Below the pieces are notes generated by a model. The model was not told the origin of the DNA, searched no databases, and worked only from the letters and a program-made list of their open reading frames with translations. Below, one piece after another: positions 34,713-42,222 of a DNA stretch of 64,000 nucleotides. This stretch comes from Escherichia phage RB16. The stretch is taken from sequence record NC_014467.1; one strand, written 5' to 3'. The translations under genes were made by a program, and so were the position numbers. The number at the start of each line of letters is the position of its first letter. Position 1 is the first letter of the stretch.

Positions 34713-35234
34713 TCACGAACTCTCGCCGCGATGTTCGATGTGCTCCGTGATATCCTCAACAGTCTTATCAAGGTCCAGAGATTCAGCATCTTCCTTGATA
34801 ATAGTCAAATCTACAGGCAGTGTCAACAGTCTTTTCACTCCGCTGATATCTTCGATACGAGAATCATACGCAAGGGTAACATGCGGTTTGTAGTTGTCAA
34901 AATCGTAAGTCGCTCCGGCATCCATCGCATCATTGAAACGGCTATGCAGATAATCAGACTCCAGAACACCGACGATAGTGTTACCGTATTTTGTGTCCCA
35001 CTTCTCTACGTCAACCAGTCGGGCAGGTTCAGAGATACCAGAGGCAGGGAACAAATCAACCGTCTTACGGCTATACACAATCGTTGTATGAAGTTTTTCA
35101 GCAGACACCGGATTCTCTACACCCAGAAGTTTTTGCACTTGTGCAAGCGCTTCACAGGAAGCCTGATCGAACTTCGCACACATATAGATCCCCGAATCAA
35201 CTACGGGTTTCGCAACTTCAATAAAACTTTTCAT
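34713..35234 (-). CDS. acb1: 2H phosphoesterase, Acb1/57B-like (anti-CBASS cyclic-oligonucleotide phosphodiesterase candidate)
   Basis: two HxT motifs (KLHTTIVYS and KPHVTLAYD) about 80 aa apart; sits in the T4 57B position next to 57A-1-3. Confidence 0.65.
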   Translation of the reverse strand: MKSFIEVAKPVVDSGIYMCAKFDQASCEALAQVQKLLGVENPVSAEKLHTTIVYSRKTVDLFPASGISEPARLVDVEKWDTKYGNTIVGVLESDYLHSRFNDAMDAGATYDFDNYKPHVTLAYDSRIEDISGVKRLLTLPVDLTIIKEDAESLDLDKTVEDITEHIEHRGESS

Positions 35235-35252
35235 GTGTACTCCAAATGAAAA

Positions 35253-35268
35253 AGGGGCCGAAGCCCCT
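35253..35268 (-). terminator. intrinsic terminator
   Basis: AGGGGC-TTCG-GCCCCT + TTTTT on minus strand. Confidence 0.5.
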
Positions 35269-35288
35269 AGTGGTTAAACGCCTAAGCG

Positions 35289-35549
35289 TTAAGCATCTTT
35301 TGTTTCTGCGTCATCGGTTTCATCGGCTTCCGGCAGAAGTGCTTTGATAGCACCCAGCAGAGCATCAGGGGTTACACCCTGGGAACCGTCGATTTCCAGC
35401 AGACCGCAAATTTGACCGACGAGTTGGCGATGGCTTTGCAGTTCCTGATCTTTACCCTGAATGATTTCATTCAGATCGAATACACGGGCTTTCAGGATCA
35501 GTACATCGTTTTGCAGTTGCTGGGTTTGGTTTTGGGTTTGTTCAGTCAT
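35289..35549 (-). CDS. 57A: tail fibre assembly chaperone gp57A
   Basis: 86-aa coiled-coil protein with acidic C-terminus, resembling T4 gp57A as I recall it; synteny. Confidence 0.7.
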   Translation of the reverse strand: MTEQTQNQTQQLQNDVLILKARVFDLNEIIQGKDQELQSHRQLVGQICGLLEIDGSQGVTPDALLGAIKALLPEADETDDAETKDA

Positions 35550-35560
35550 TGTTTACACTC

Positions 35561-36220
35561 TTAAAAGTTAAATACATTCAGTACGTTAGTTTTCAATTCA
35601 CCAAGCGTACCATTATTTAGGATGATAATATCAGTGGGTTGCGGTTTCAAGCCTTTCTCAGTTGAATGACTATCATCTTCCCCCGTATCACGTTCGATGA
35701 ATACAAATTTAGTCCCGAACTTGCTCAGGTATTTATATTCATGTTTTTGTCGAACGTCTGTAATGATAAAGTGATCTTTATCGGATTTCAAGATTTTCTT
35801 CAATACAATGTCAGTCCATACAGAATCGTTCTCATTGCAAACGATGTCAGTACCGAAAACCTGCATCAAACGGCGTATTGTCCAGGGATGTTTGTTTGTT
35901 TGGCAAATTTCATACGCGATGATATCAGCATTATTAAGCCAGTACCCGCGTTTAGTCAACGATTCAATGCCATTAGCAAACACCATACGCGCACATTCGT
36001 TAGACATCAACAGGGGTGCTTCCCGATCCCCTGAATAGAATGGGTTTGTTTTAGAGAGTTCTCGCAGATAGCGATTCCCTGATGCAGACATTCCATTTCT
36101 CAGGATACTCTTTATTTCATCAGCAAGCGCGATTGCTTCAACGTTCTGATAGTTATCCAAAACGAATTGAGAAACGGTGTCTTTACCTGTTCTCTTTTTT
36201 CCGCAAATACCATAAATCAT
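35561..36220 (-). CDS. 1: deoxynucleoside monophosphate kinase gp1
   Basis: P-loop GKKRTGKDT at N-terminus; T4 gene 1 synteny. Confidence 0.85.
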   Translation of the reverse strand: MIYGICGKKRTGKDTVSQFVLDNYQNVEAIALADEIKSILRNGMSASGNRYLRELSKTNPFYSGDREAPLLMSNECARMVFANGIESLTKRGYWLNNADIIAYEICQTNKHPWTIRRLMQVFGTDIVCNENDSVWTDIVLKKILKSDKDHFIITDVRQKHEYKYLSKFGTKFVFIERDTGEDDSHSTEKGLKPQPTDIIILNNGTLGELKTNVLNVFNF

Positions 36221-36756
36221 GATTCTTTTTTCCGTGGAGTCGGCACGAGTACCTTTCCGTCTATCTCAATTTCCATATGTGCGAAGTTGAACATAGCCAT
36301 ACAGGAAACGGCTTCATCCGAGTCATTAGTGTACATAAGCTCAAGCTCTCCCAGGTTGGAGGGCCAAGCACCATAAAAGCGAAATGTCGCCACAGTTTTT
36401 GATTGCGAGTTATCCAGGATGTGTAAAGCCATTGCCTGTTGTGGTTCACTCCATCGAATTGAATCGAAGGTGTTAAAATCACAGGTTCCAAGCATCCACA
36501 GGTAAACACCCAGATACGAACGCAATTCTTCATCAACAGCAAAACGGATAGTCAACGGATCGAACTCCATTGCAGATCCAGGGATTTTCCCACGGATCAT
36601 AGGGTTCAATGGTACTTCCGTAATTGGAATGTTGACAGAAGGTAGTGTAACACCCTGAATTTGTAGTTTCAACCCTTTCATATAATCATTATCAGGAATA
36701 TCTAACATAAAGTTAGTTGGTGAAATCTGGTTCAGGATCATAGCAGTAGTGTTCAT
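36217..36756 (-). CDS. 3: tail completion / sheath stabiliser protein gp3
   Basis: 179 aa, position and size match T4 gp3; late-promoter-like box upstream. Confidence 0.7.
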   Translation of the reverse strand: MNTTAMILNQISPTNFMLDIPDNDYMKGLKLQIQGVTLPSVNIPITEVPLNPMIRGKIPGSAMEFDPLTIRFAVDEELRSYLGVYLWMLGTCDFNTFDSIRWSEPQQAMALHILDNSQSKTVATFRFYGAWPSNLGELELMYTNDSDEAVSCMAMFNFAHMEIEIDGKVLVPTPRKKES

Positions 36757-36777
36757 TAATGATCTCCATTTTGTAGA

Positions 36778-36785
36778 TATTTATG
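36778..36785 (-). promoter_or_regulatory. late-promoter-like box CATAAATA
   Basis: minus strand CATAAATA 22 nt upstream of gp3 ATG (T4 late consensus TATAAATA). Confidence 0.4.
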
Positions 36786-36790
36786 TAGAC

Positions 36791-36958
36791 CGTGAGCGAA
36801 GCGAACACACGAACGAAGTGAGTGTTTTTTAACTCAACTACATAATTATATATTTATATTTTATATATAGAGAAAAATGTAGTTTTTGGTATAGTTTTTA
36901 ACCAACTGTAAACTATCCGTCTTCGCTTCGCTTGACGGAACTCGCTTCGCTCGTGATC
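36791..36958. repeat. inverted repeat (GAGCGAAGCGA / TCGCTTCGCTC) flanking an approximately 100-nt AT-rich core
   Basis: 11-bp arms at 36794-36804 and 36941-36951 plus additional CGAAG/CTTCG matches; central A+T tract TATATATTTATATTTTATATATAG. Confidence 0.6.
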
Positions 36959-36970
36959 TTGAAAAACTAT

Positions 36971-36999
36971 TTGACCCTTTCAATAAATAGGTATATCAT
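36971..36999 (+). promoter_or_regulatory. possible early (TTGACC...TATCAT) and late-like (AATAAATA) promoter elements upstream of the CTS-protein gene
   Basis: TTGACC at 36971-36976; AATAAATA at 36982-36989; ATG at 37028. Confidence 0.35.
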
Positions 37000-37027
37000 A
37001 CCTATACTTTCAAAAGAGATTGAAAAC

Positions 37028-37813
37028 ATGAAATCATTCAAAGAACTACTGTCTGAATCTGTTCAGACCAAAAAATTTGCTAAAACTGTTGATCTGGTTG
37101 ACCGTGGTAATGCTTCAAAAGGTCAGATCGGTTTCCTGCACTTTGCACACGGTGCTGATTACGATGTGTATGCGCCGGACTCTCACGATCTCGCCTACTT
37201 CGGTAAAGGTGTTGTTCGCCTGAAAGGTAAAACCACTGGTAAAACTCAGGCTGCATATGTTGACTGGGCGAAAGGTACGGTTTCTTTCTATAGCGGCGAT
37301 CCGGCAGATGACCTGAAATTCGACAAGCCAGCGAAATTCAAAGGCGCTTCCCTGTACAAAGAAGCCGAAGAAAATCTGGATCTGTATAATCAGTTAGCGG
37401 AAGACTTCGAAATTGATGTACCGATGGATGAAGCACTGGTGAAAGGTAAGGTGTACAAGCTCCCAAGCAACGATATGCGCTTGCTGTATACCGGACGTAC
37501 CAAAAACAAGCCTACAGGTGAATACGCTGTGTTTACGGTTGTAGATGCCTCCGGTAAGCCTCGTCTGGTATCGGGTAAACGATTTACCCAGGAATACAAA
37601 GGCGATATGCTGTCTAAACTGGTTCTCGCTGAATCGGAAGATCTGAACGAGGCCGCTAAAGGCATTCGCGAAAAAGTTATTGCGGTGTTGGTGAAGCGCG
37701 GGTTTAACGAAAAAGATGCAGAAAAGATGGTTGATAAAAACCTAAAAGATGCGATGAAAGTTCGCCCTGGTGCAACTCCAGGAAAACTAGCGGAAATCGT
37801 GAGCACCTTGTAA
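37028..37813 (+). CDS. internal head protein-like, with T4-type capsid targeting sequence
   Basis: N-terminus MKSFKELLSE parallels T4 IP CTS MKTYQEFIAE with LxE protease site; Lys-rich 261-aa protein; start reset from ORF-track 36932. Confidence 0.55.
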   Translation: MKSFKELLSESVQTKKFAKTVDLVDRGNASKGQIGFLHFAHGADYDVYAPDSHDLAYFGKGVVRLKGKTTGKTQAAYVDWAKGTVSFYSGDPADDLKFDKPAKFKGASLYKEAEENLDLYNQLAEDFEIDVPMDEALVKGKVYKLPSNDMRLLYTGRTKNKPTGEYAVFTVVDASGKPRLVSGKRFTQEYKGDMLSKLVLAESEDLNEAAKGIREKVIAVLVKRGFNEKDAEKMVDKNLKDAMKVRPGATPGKLAEIVSTL

Positions 37814-37818
37814 AAATA

Positions 37819-37849
37819 AAGCCCCTTCCTTTCGGTTGGGGCTTTTTTT
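37819..37849. terminator. bidirectional intrinsic terminator
   Basis: AGCCCC-TTCCTTTCGGTT-GGGGCT + T7; between convergent genes. Confidence 0.65.
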
Positions 37850-38702
37850 AATATCGGTTCCAAACTTTTTTCGCGCTGTATGGTTTTCCTTTCGACTGGA
37901 AAGCCTGTGTAGGCAACCAAACTGCTTTCGCCCAGTCTTTTGGGGCTATCTCTGCAAGAGGTGATCGCAGGTGCGCAGGTAAGTATGCTTTGATCATTTG
38001 ATCTGCACCGCGCATCCCTTTCACGTTGTTCCAGTTGATTTTCAATCTGGTTTTGTTTGAAAGGCGATCTGTTGATCCGTATCCACGTTTCAAAAGTTCT
38101 TCTAAAAACTCTTGACGGGCTTTAGGTGGCGCATAGTGCAAGTTCAAACCGTACAGAACTAAATTACCCGCTTTAGAACGTCCTGAACCCAGGAAGATGA
38201 TTAGCGGGAACCGATCCCAGTATGGTAGGGTATCTTTGTATTTCGCGTCATACACGAACGTATACAATCGCCCTGTTGCTGGTTTCGCTACCCTGTGCGT
38301 TTTGATGCTGGTTTTGATGAAGTCACCAAACCAATCGGTTGAATCCTTTTGACGTTTCGCAGCAGAAACACCCACTGTAATTTTCCGTAAACTATTTCGG
38401 AAGTCGTTGATGATGTCAACTGTATGTTTTTTGCGATAGTCATTGCGTTTTCGTCGGGCTTCGGTTTCTGCTGTACGTCGCGAGATTTCATCATCAATCT
38501 GCTGTTTATAGCGGTGCATAGACTTTGTGAACGTTGCGTATGCAATCCCGTTTTCGTCCGCGAATTTTTTGGCTGTCATGCCTTTTAATTTTGCGCGTCT
38601 GAATTTAACACCCAGTTCAACCCATTCACCAAGTTTTCGCTTCGGTGGCGGTTTCGGCTTATCTTCTTCTGCGATGATCTCAAACTCAAATATAAAACTC
38701 AT
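37848..38702 (-). CDS. 2: DNA end protector protein gp2
   Basis: 284 aa basic protein in T4 gene 2 position between 3 and 4. Confidence 0.7.
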   Translation of the reverse strand: MSFIFEFEIIAEEDKPKPPPKRKLGEWVELGVKFRRAKLKGMTAKKFADENGIAYATFTKSMHRYKQQIDDEISRRTAETEARRKRNDYRKKHTVDIINDFRNSLRKITVGVSAAKRQKDSTDWFGDFIKTSIKTHRVAKPATGRLYTFVYDAKYKDTLPYWDRFPLIIFLGSGRSKAGNLVLYGLNLHYAPPKARQEFLEELLKRGYGSTDRLSNKTRLKINWNNVKGMRGADQMIKAYLPAHLRSPLAEIAPKDWAKAVWLPTQAFQSKGKPYSAKKVWNRY

Positions 38703-39388
38703 AATTCCCTCCGTTTACACTTATCACCATGCCAACGTTTAAACATACCCGGCCTGAAACTATTACCGCAGTATTGGCATTCCATTTTCTCTATATTTGA
38801 AACTGCTTCCCTTATGCGTATCTTTTGTTCTTCTGTTCGGGGTTTCCCCTTTCTAGCATCTGCTGATTTTTTTACTGCATCAGGGGGCATAGTTTTTCCT
38901 GAACATGAGATAGAAATTTTTTGTTTATGTTCTTCTGATAGAGATCTCCCTACCTTAGCGTTTCTCATCTTTTCTATAGACTGTTCGTTGAATAGCCCTG
39001 GTCGAGTTTTACCTTTCAATGGATTGACCCACCCATCTTTCATTTTGCGAGATTTACCTATTTTTGCTTTACTCATTTTCTCTCGCGTTTCGCTGGATGC
39101 TGTTGTGTATGATACCCCACCCTCCCCACCAATTTTTAAATTGTATGTGTGTTCCGATAGCACGAACTCGCGATTGACAAGTTCCTTTTCTTTATCATAC
39201 ATTTCAGAAGGGGTGTCAAACACATACAATATACTTTTTGTGAAGTTGTGTATGCCATATTTGGTTTGTGCTTTCAATAAAAGTTTACCAGACCCCATAT
39301 ACGAATCATTCACATCTGTGGTTGCATGTGCGCCGATATAAATTTTATCGTTGATATTGTTTTTAATCTGATAGACTAAATATTTCAT
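38699..39388 (-). CDS. GIY-YIG homing endonuclease (Seg-like)
   Basis: MKYLVYQIKNNINDKIYIGAH (GIY...YIG), conserved R/E/N downstream, NUMOD3-like EKMSKAKIGK / EKMRNAKVGR repeats; inserted between genes 2 and 4. Confidence 0.75.
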   Translation of the reverse strand: MKYLVYQIKNNINDKIYIGAHATTDVNDSYMGSGKLLLKAQTKYGIHNFTKSILYVFDTPSEMYDKEKELVNREFVLSEHTYNLKIGGEGGVSYTTASSETREKMSKAKIGKSRKMKDGWVNPLKGKTRPGLFNEQSIEKMRNAKVGRSLSEEHKQKISISCSGKTMPPDAVKKSADARKGKPRTEEQKIRIREAVSNIEKMECQYCGNSFRPGMFKRWHGDKCKRREL

Positions 39389-39858
39389 TTCTCGTACCCT
39401 TTCCATCCAAAAACACGTTTGAGGGTGTCTTCGGTTATGATCTTGAACTCCCATCCTTTTGCTTTACATGCAGCATTGGCGGCTTTCCATTTGTCTATAT
39501 TTATGGAGTAAACATAGAGAGCATCAACAAATTTCTTTTTGTTGTGAACGTTGTTGTTCGCTGGCTTAGGTGGGGGCAATGTTTCTTTCATCGGTTTGAC
39601 TTCCCATAGGTAGGTCACACCGTTATCCATCTCAACATAAAAATCCATGAAGTAACGCCGTCTTTTACCGTCTGCGTTGCTGAAATAAGGTATCACAACC
39701 TCTTCACTGTTCCAGCGTTTCACATGCGGATTCCTGTCAAGCCAGTTCATTATATATTTTTCCCAGCTTGACCGATACGTTATCTTTCGAGGATCGCCTT
39801 TATATTTTGTTATGTTCTGGGGCATAAAAGACCCCTTGTACGTCTGTCTTCCAGCCAT
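39385..39858 (-). CDS. 4: head completion protein gp4
   Basis: 157 aa, T4 gene 4 position. Confidence 0.7.
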   Translation of the reverse strand: MAGRQTYKGSFMPQNITKYKGDPRKITYRSSWEKYIMNWLDRNPHVKRWNSEEVVIPYFSNADGKRRRYFMDFYVEMDNGVTYLWEVKPMKETLPPPKPANNNVHNKKKFVDALYVYSINIDKWKAANAACKAKGWEFKIITEDTLKRVFGWKGYEK

Positions 39859-39902
39859 TATAGATCCTAAATATAGTAAACATTAGATAGGGGAAATTAC
39901 AA

Positions 39903-40457
39903 ATGTTATTCTCGTTCTTTCCACCAGTTGATTACAAAGGCACACCGACTACTGATATTTTTCGGGATTATCGTTTTTACTTTAATCGCGTTATCAGAAA
40001 TTATAAGCCACGTACTTATCAACTGACCGGATCACTAAGACCCGAACAATTAGCTGAAACGCTATACGGAAACCAACAATATTATTGGGTTATCCTGATG
40101 CTCAATGATAACTATGACCCGTTTTACGGATGGATTACAGATCAGGAAACCGCTTATCAATGCGCGGTGCAGCGTTATTCAAAAGTAGGTGGTGAACAGG
40201 TTCTTTATCATATGGATGGGAAAAACAACCGATATTACAATCTGGTTGAAGATCCTAACAACCCTGGTCATTGGTATGACAAAGGTGATAAAGATATGCG
40301 GTATTTGCAATATCAAGGAACATTAGTCCCTATTGATATTTATGAAGATGCAGTGTTGAAAAATGAATCAATGCGAACCATCAAAATTATTAACCCTTCG
40401 GATATTCAATCGTTTGTAAGCGATTATATCAAGGAAATGGAAAAGGCGAATCTATGA
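39903..40457 (+). CDS. 53: baseplate wedge protein gp53
   Basis: MLFSFFPPVDY...NDNYDPFYGWIT...WYDKGDK near-colinear with T4 gp53 as I recall it. Confidence 0.9.
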   Translation: MLFSFFPPVDYKGTPTTDIFRDYRFYFNRVIRNYKPRTYQLTGSLRPEQLAETLYGNQQYYWVILMLNDNYDPFYGWITDQETAYQCAVQRYSKVGGEQVLYHMDGKNNRYYNLVEDPNNPGHWYDKGDKDMRYLQYQGTLVPIDIYEDAVLKNESMRTIKIINPSDIQSFVSDYIKEMEKANL

Positions 40458-42220
40458 AATTCGGTGGAAATATGCATTCCCCTTTCTTTGAGGGGGTGGT
40501 CGAAAACGTTGATGATCCTCGTCTACTGGGGCGTGTTCAGGTGCGTGTATTTGGTGAGCATCCGGCACAGAAACAAAAATCTGAAACTATCGGTATTCCG
40601 GTTGAGGAATTGCCGTGGATGATGCCTATTCAGGATATTCGCAGCGCCGCTATTTCCGGTGTTGGTTTTTCTCCGACTGGTATTACGCGCGGTAGTTTCG
40701 TTATCGGTTACTGGCGCGATAAATGGCACCAGGACGGCGTTATACTGGGAACCTTTGCTGGTGAGTACCGAGAGAAACCGGACACCCAGAAAGGCTTCTG
40801 TGACCCGTTTGGTGAGTATCCTCGTTATGTAGGTAACGATGTCAACGTACTGGCTCGCGGTGGTGCAGAAGGACGCGGTTCTTCAAGCGTGATTATTCGT
40901 GATGCTAACAGTTCGTTAGCTGTCAATCCAGATGATCGCCCACTTGATGAGATTCCAGAAGATAACCGACCTGATACTGGTGGGTTTACGATAGAAAAAA
41001 TGATCCGTGGTGATGAAGGTATTAGATTGACGTGGTATTATGATGTTAAAGGTTATACCATCGGGATCGGACACTTTTTCTTAACCGCACCACAAGGAAC
41101 AGACCCAGCAGTTGTTAACGCGGCGTTATCTAGACAAATTGGCAGAACGGTTACTGGTGTTCCTGGATCAATCACTGCTGATGAAGCGAGTGTTTTATTT
41201 CAGCAGGATTTAGCTAAAGTTCATAACGATATTCAGAATAATAGCAAAGTTCGGGAAGTGTATGTGACGTTAAACCGTCCTCGTCAAATGGCTATTGAAA
41301 ATATGTGCTTCCAAATGGGCGTTGGCGGTGTCGCCAAATTTACTAATGCTCTGGCTGCTATGAAGCGTCAGGACTGGAAAACCGCTTACAACGAACTGCG
41401 AAACTCTACATGGGCTAACCAGACGCCAGGACGTTCTTCACGCGTATCTAAAATCGTGCTGACGGGCAACCTTGAATCATACGGTGTTCAGGTTCCAGAT
41501 CCAGAAGGACGTTCATTGAGTGCTGCTTATAATGCGGTGGTTCTGCAAACAAGCAACCCAGAAGATCCTTTTGTTCCTGGTGATACCCGCGTAATGTTCG
41601 AGGAACCTAAATCGGCATACGCTGCTGAATATCCATACAACATGGTATTCGAATCCCGTTCTGGACACATTCAGGAATTCGACGACACCCCAGGCTTTGA
41701 GCGTTACAACCGCGTTCACCCAGCAGGATCATACGAAGAAATTCGTCCTGATGGAACCCGTGTTGTTAAAATCGTTGGTGATGATTATCTGATTGTTCAA
41801 CAGGGAAGAAAGGTAAACATCAAAGGTAATTTACAAGTAGTGATCGAAGGTGATGCGTTCATTTACAATATGGGTAACGTTCAACAGACTGTCGATGGAA
41901 ACGTAACTGAGTTCGTGCGCGGTAACGTAAACCAGACTGTCGAGGGTGAATATGTTGGGCGTATCAAAGGTAACGCAGAATTAACCGTCGAAAAAGATGC
42001 TACTGTAAACGTGGATCAGAATTTAATGGCTAACGTTAAACAGAATGCAACTGTTAACGTAACCGAAGATGCAACTGTTACCGCAAAAAATGCGATGATG
42101 GATATTGAACAAGACTTCGATTTAAACGCGAACAATATCACAATGGTTGCCCGACAAAATACACTAATCGATTCCGGTTCTCTGACTAAGATTACTGGCG
42201 GGACAGTCCAGGTAGGTTAA
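40454..42220 (+). CDS. 5: baseplate hub / tail-associated lysozyme gp5
   Basis: OB-fold N-terminus, lysozyme domain GYTIGIGHFF, C-terminal beta-helix VxGxxxxxV repeats; high similarity to T4 gp5 as I recall it. Confidence 0.95.
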   Translation: MKFGGNMHSPFFEGVVENVDDPRLLGRVQVRVFGEHPAQKQKSETIGIPVEELPWMMPIQDIRSAAISGVGFSPTGITRGSFVIGYWRDKWHQDGVILGTFAGEYREKPDTQKGFCDPFGEYPRYVGNDVNVLARGGAEGRGSSSVIIRDANSSLAVNPDDRPLDEIPEDNRPDTGGFTIEKMIRGDEGIRLTWYYDVKGYTIGIGHFFLTAPQGTDPAVVNAALSRQIGRTVTGVPGSITADEASVLFQQDLAKVHNDIQNNSKVREVYVTLNRPRQMAIENMCFQMGVGGVAKFTNALAAMKRQDWKTAYNELRNSTWANQTPGRSSRVSKIVLTGNLESYGVQVPDPEGRSLSAAYNAVVLQTSNPEDPFVPGDTRVMFEEPKSAYAAEYPYNMVFESRSGHIQEFDDTPGFERYNRVHPAGSYEEIRPDGTRVVKIVGDDYLIVQQGRKVNIKGNLQVVIEGDAFIYNMGNVQQTVDGNVTEFVRGNVNQTVEGEYVGRIKGNAELTVEKDATVNVDQNLMANVKQNATVNVTEDATVTAKNAMMDIEQDFDLNANNITMVARQNTLIDSGSLTKITGGTVQVG

Positions 42221-42222
42221 TC

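Noticed and set aside
34731-35249. Plus-strand 172-aa ORF nearly coextensive with the Acb1-like gene
   Set aside because: Minus-strand frame has the paired HxT 2H motifs and T4 synteny (57B-57A-1-3); plus-strand product has no motif
36932-37027. N-terminal extension of the CTS-protein ORF back to an upstream Met
   Set aside because: The extension reads through promoter-like sequence; the ATG at 37028 gives the CTS-like N-terminus MKSFKELLSE
37390-37920. Minus-strand 176-aa ORF overlapping the CTS-protein gene
   Set aside because: Ser/Thr/Ala-rich low-complexity translation typical of antisense frames; the plus-strand gene has CTS, SD and terminator
38814-39341. Plus-strand 175-aa ORF antisense to the GIY-YIG gene
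   Set aside because: GIY-YIG and NUMOD motifs are on the minus strand
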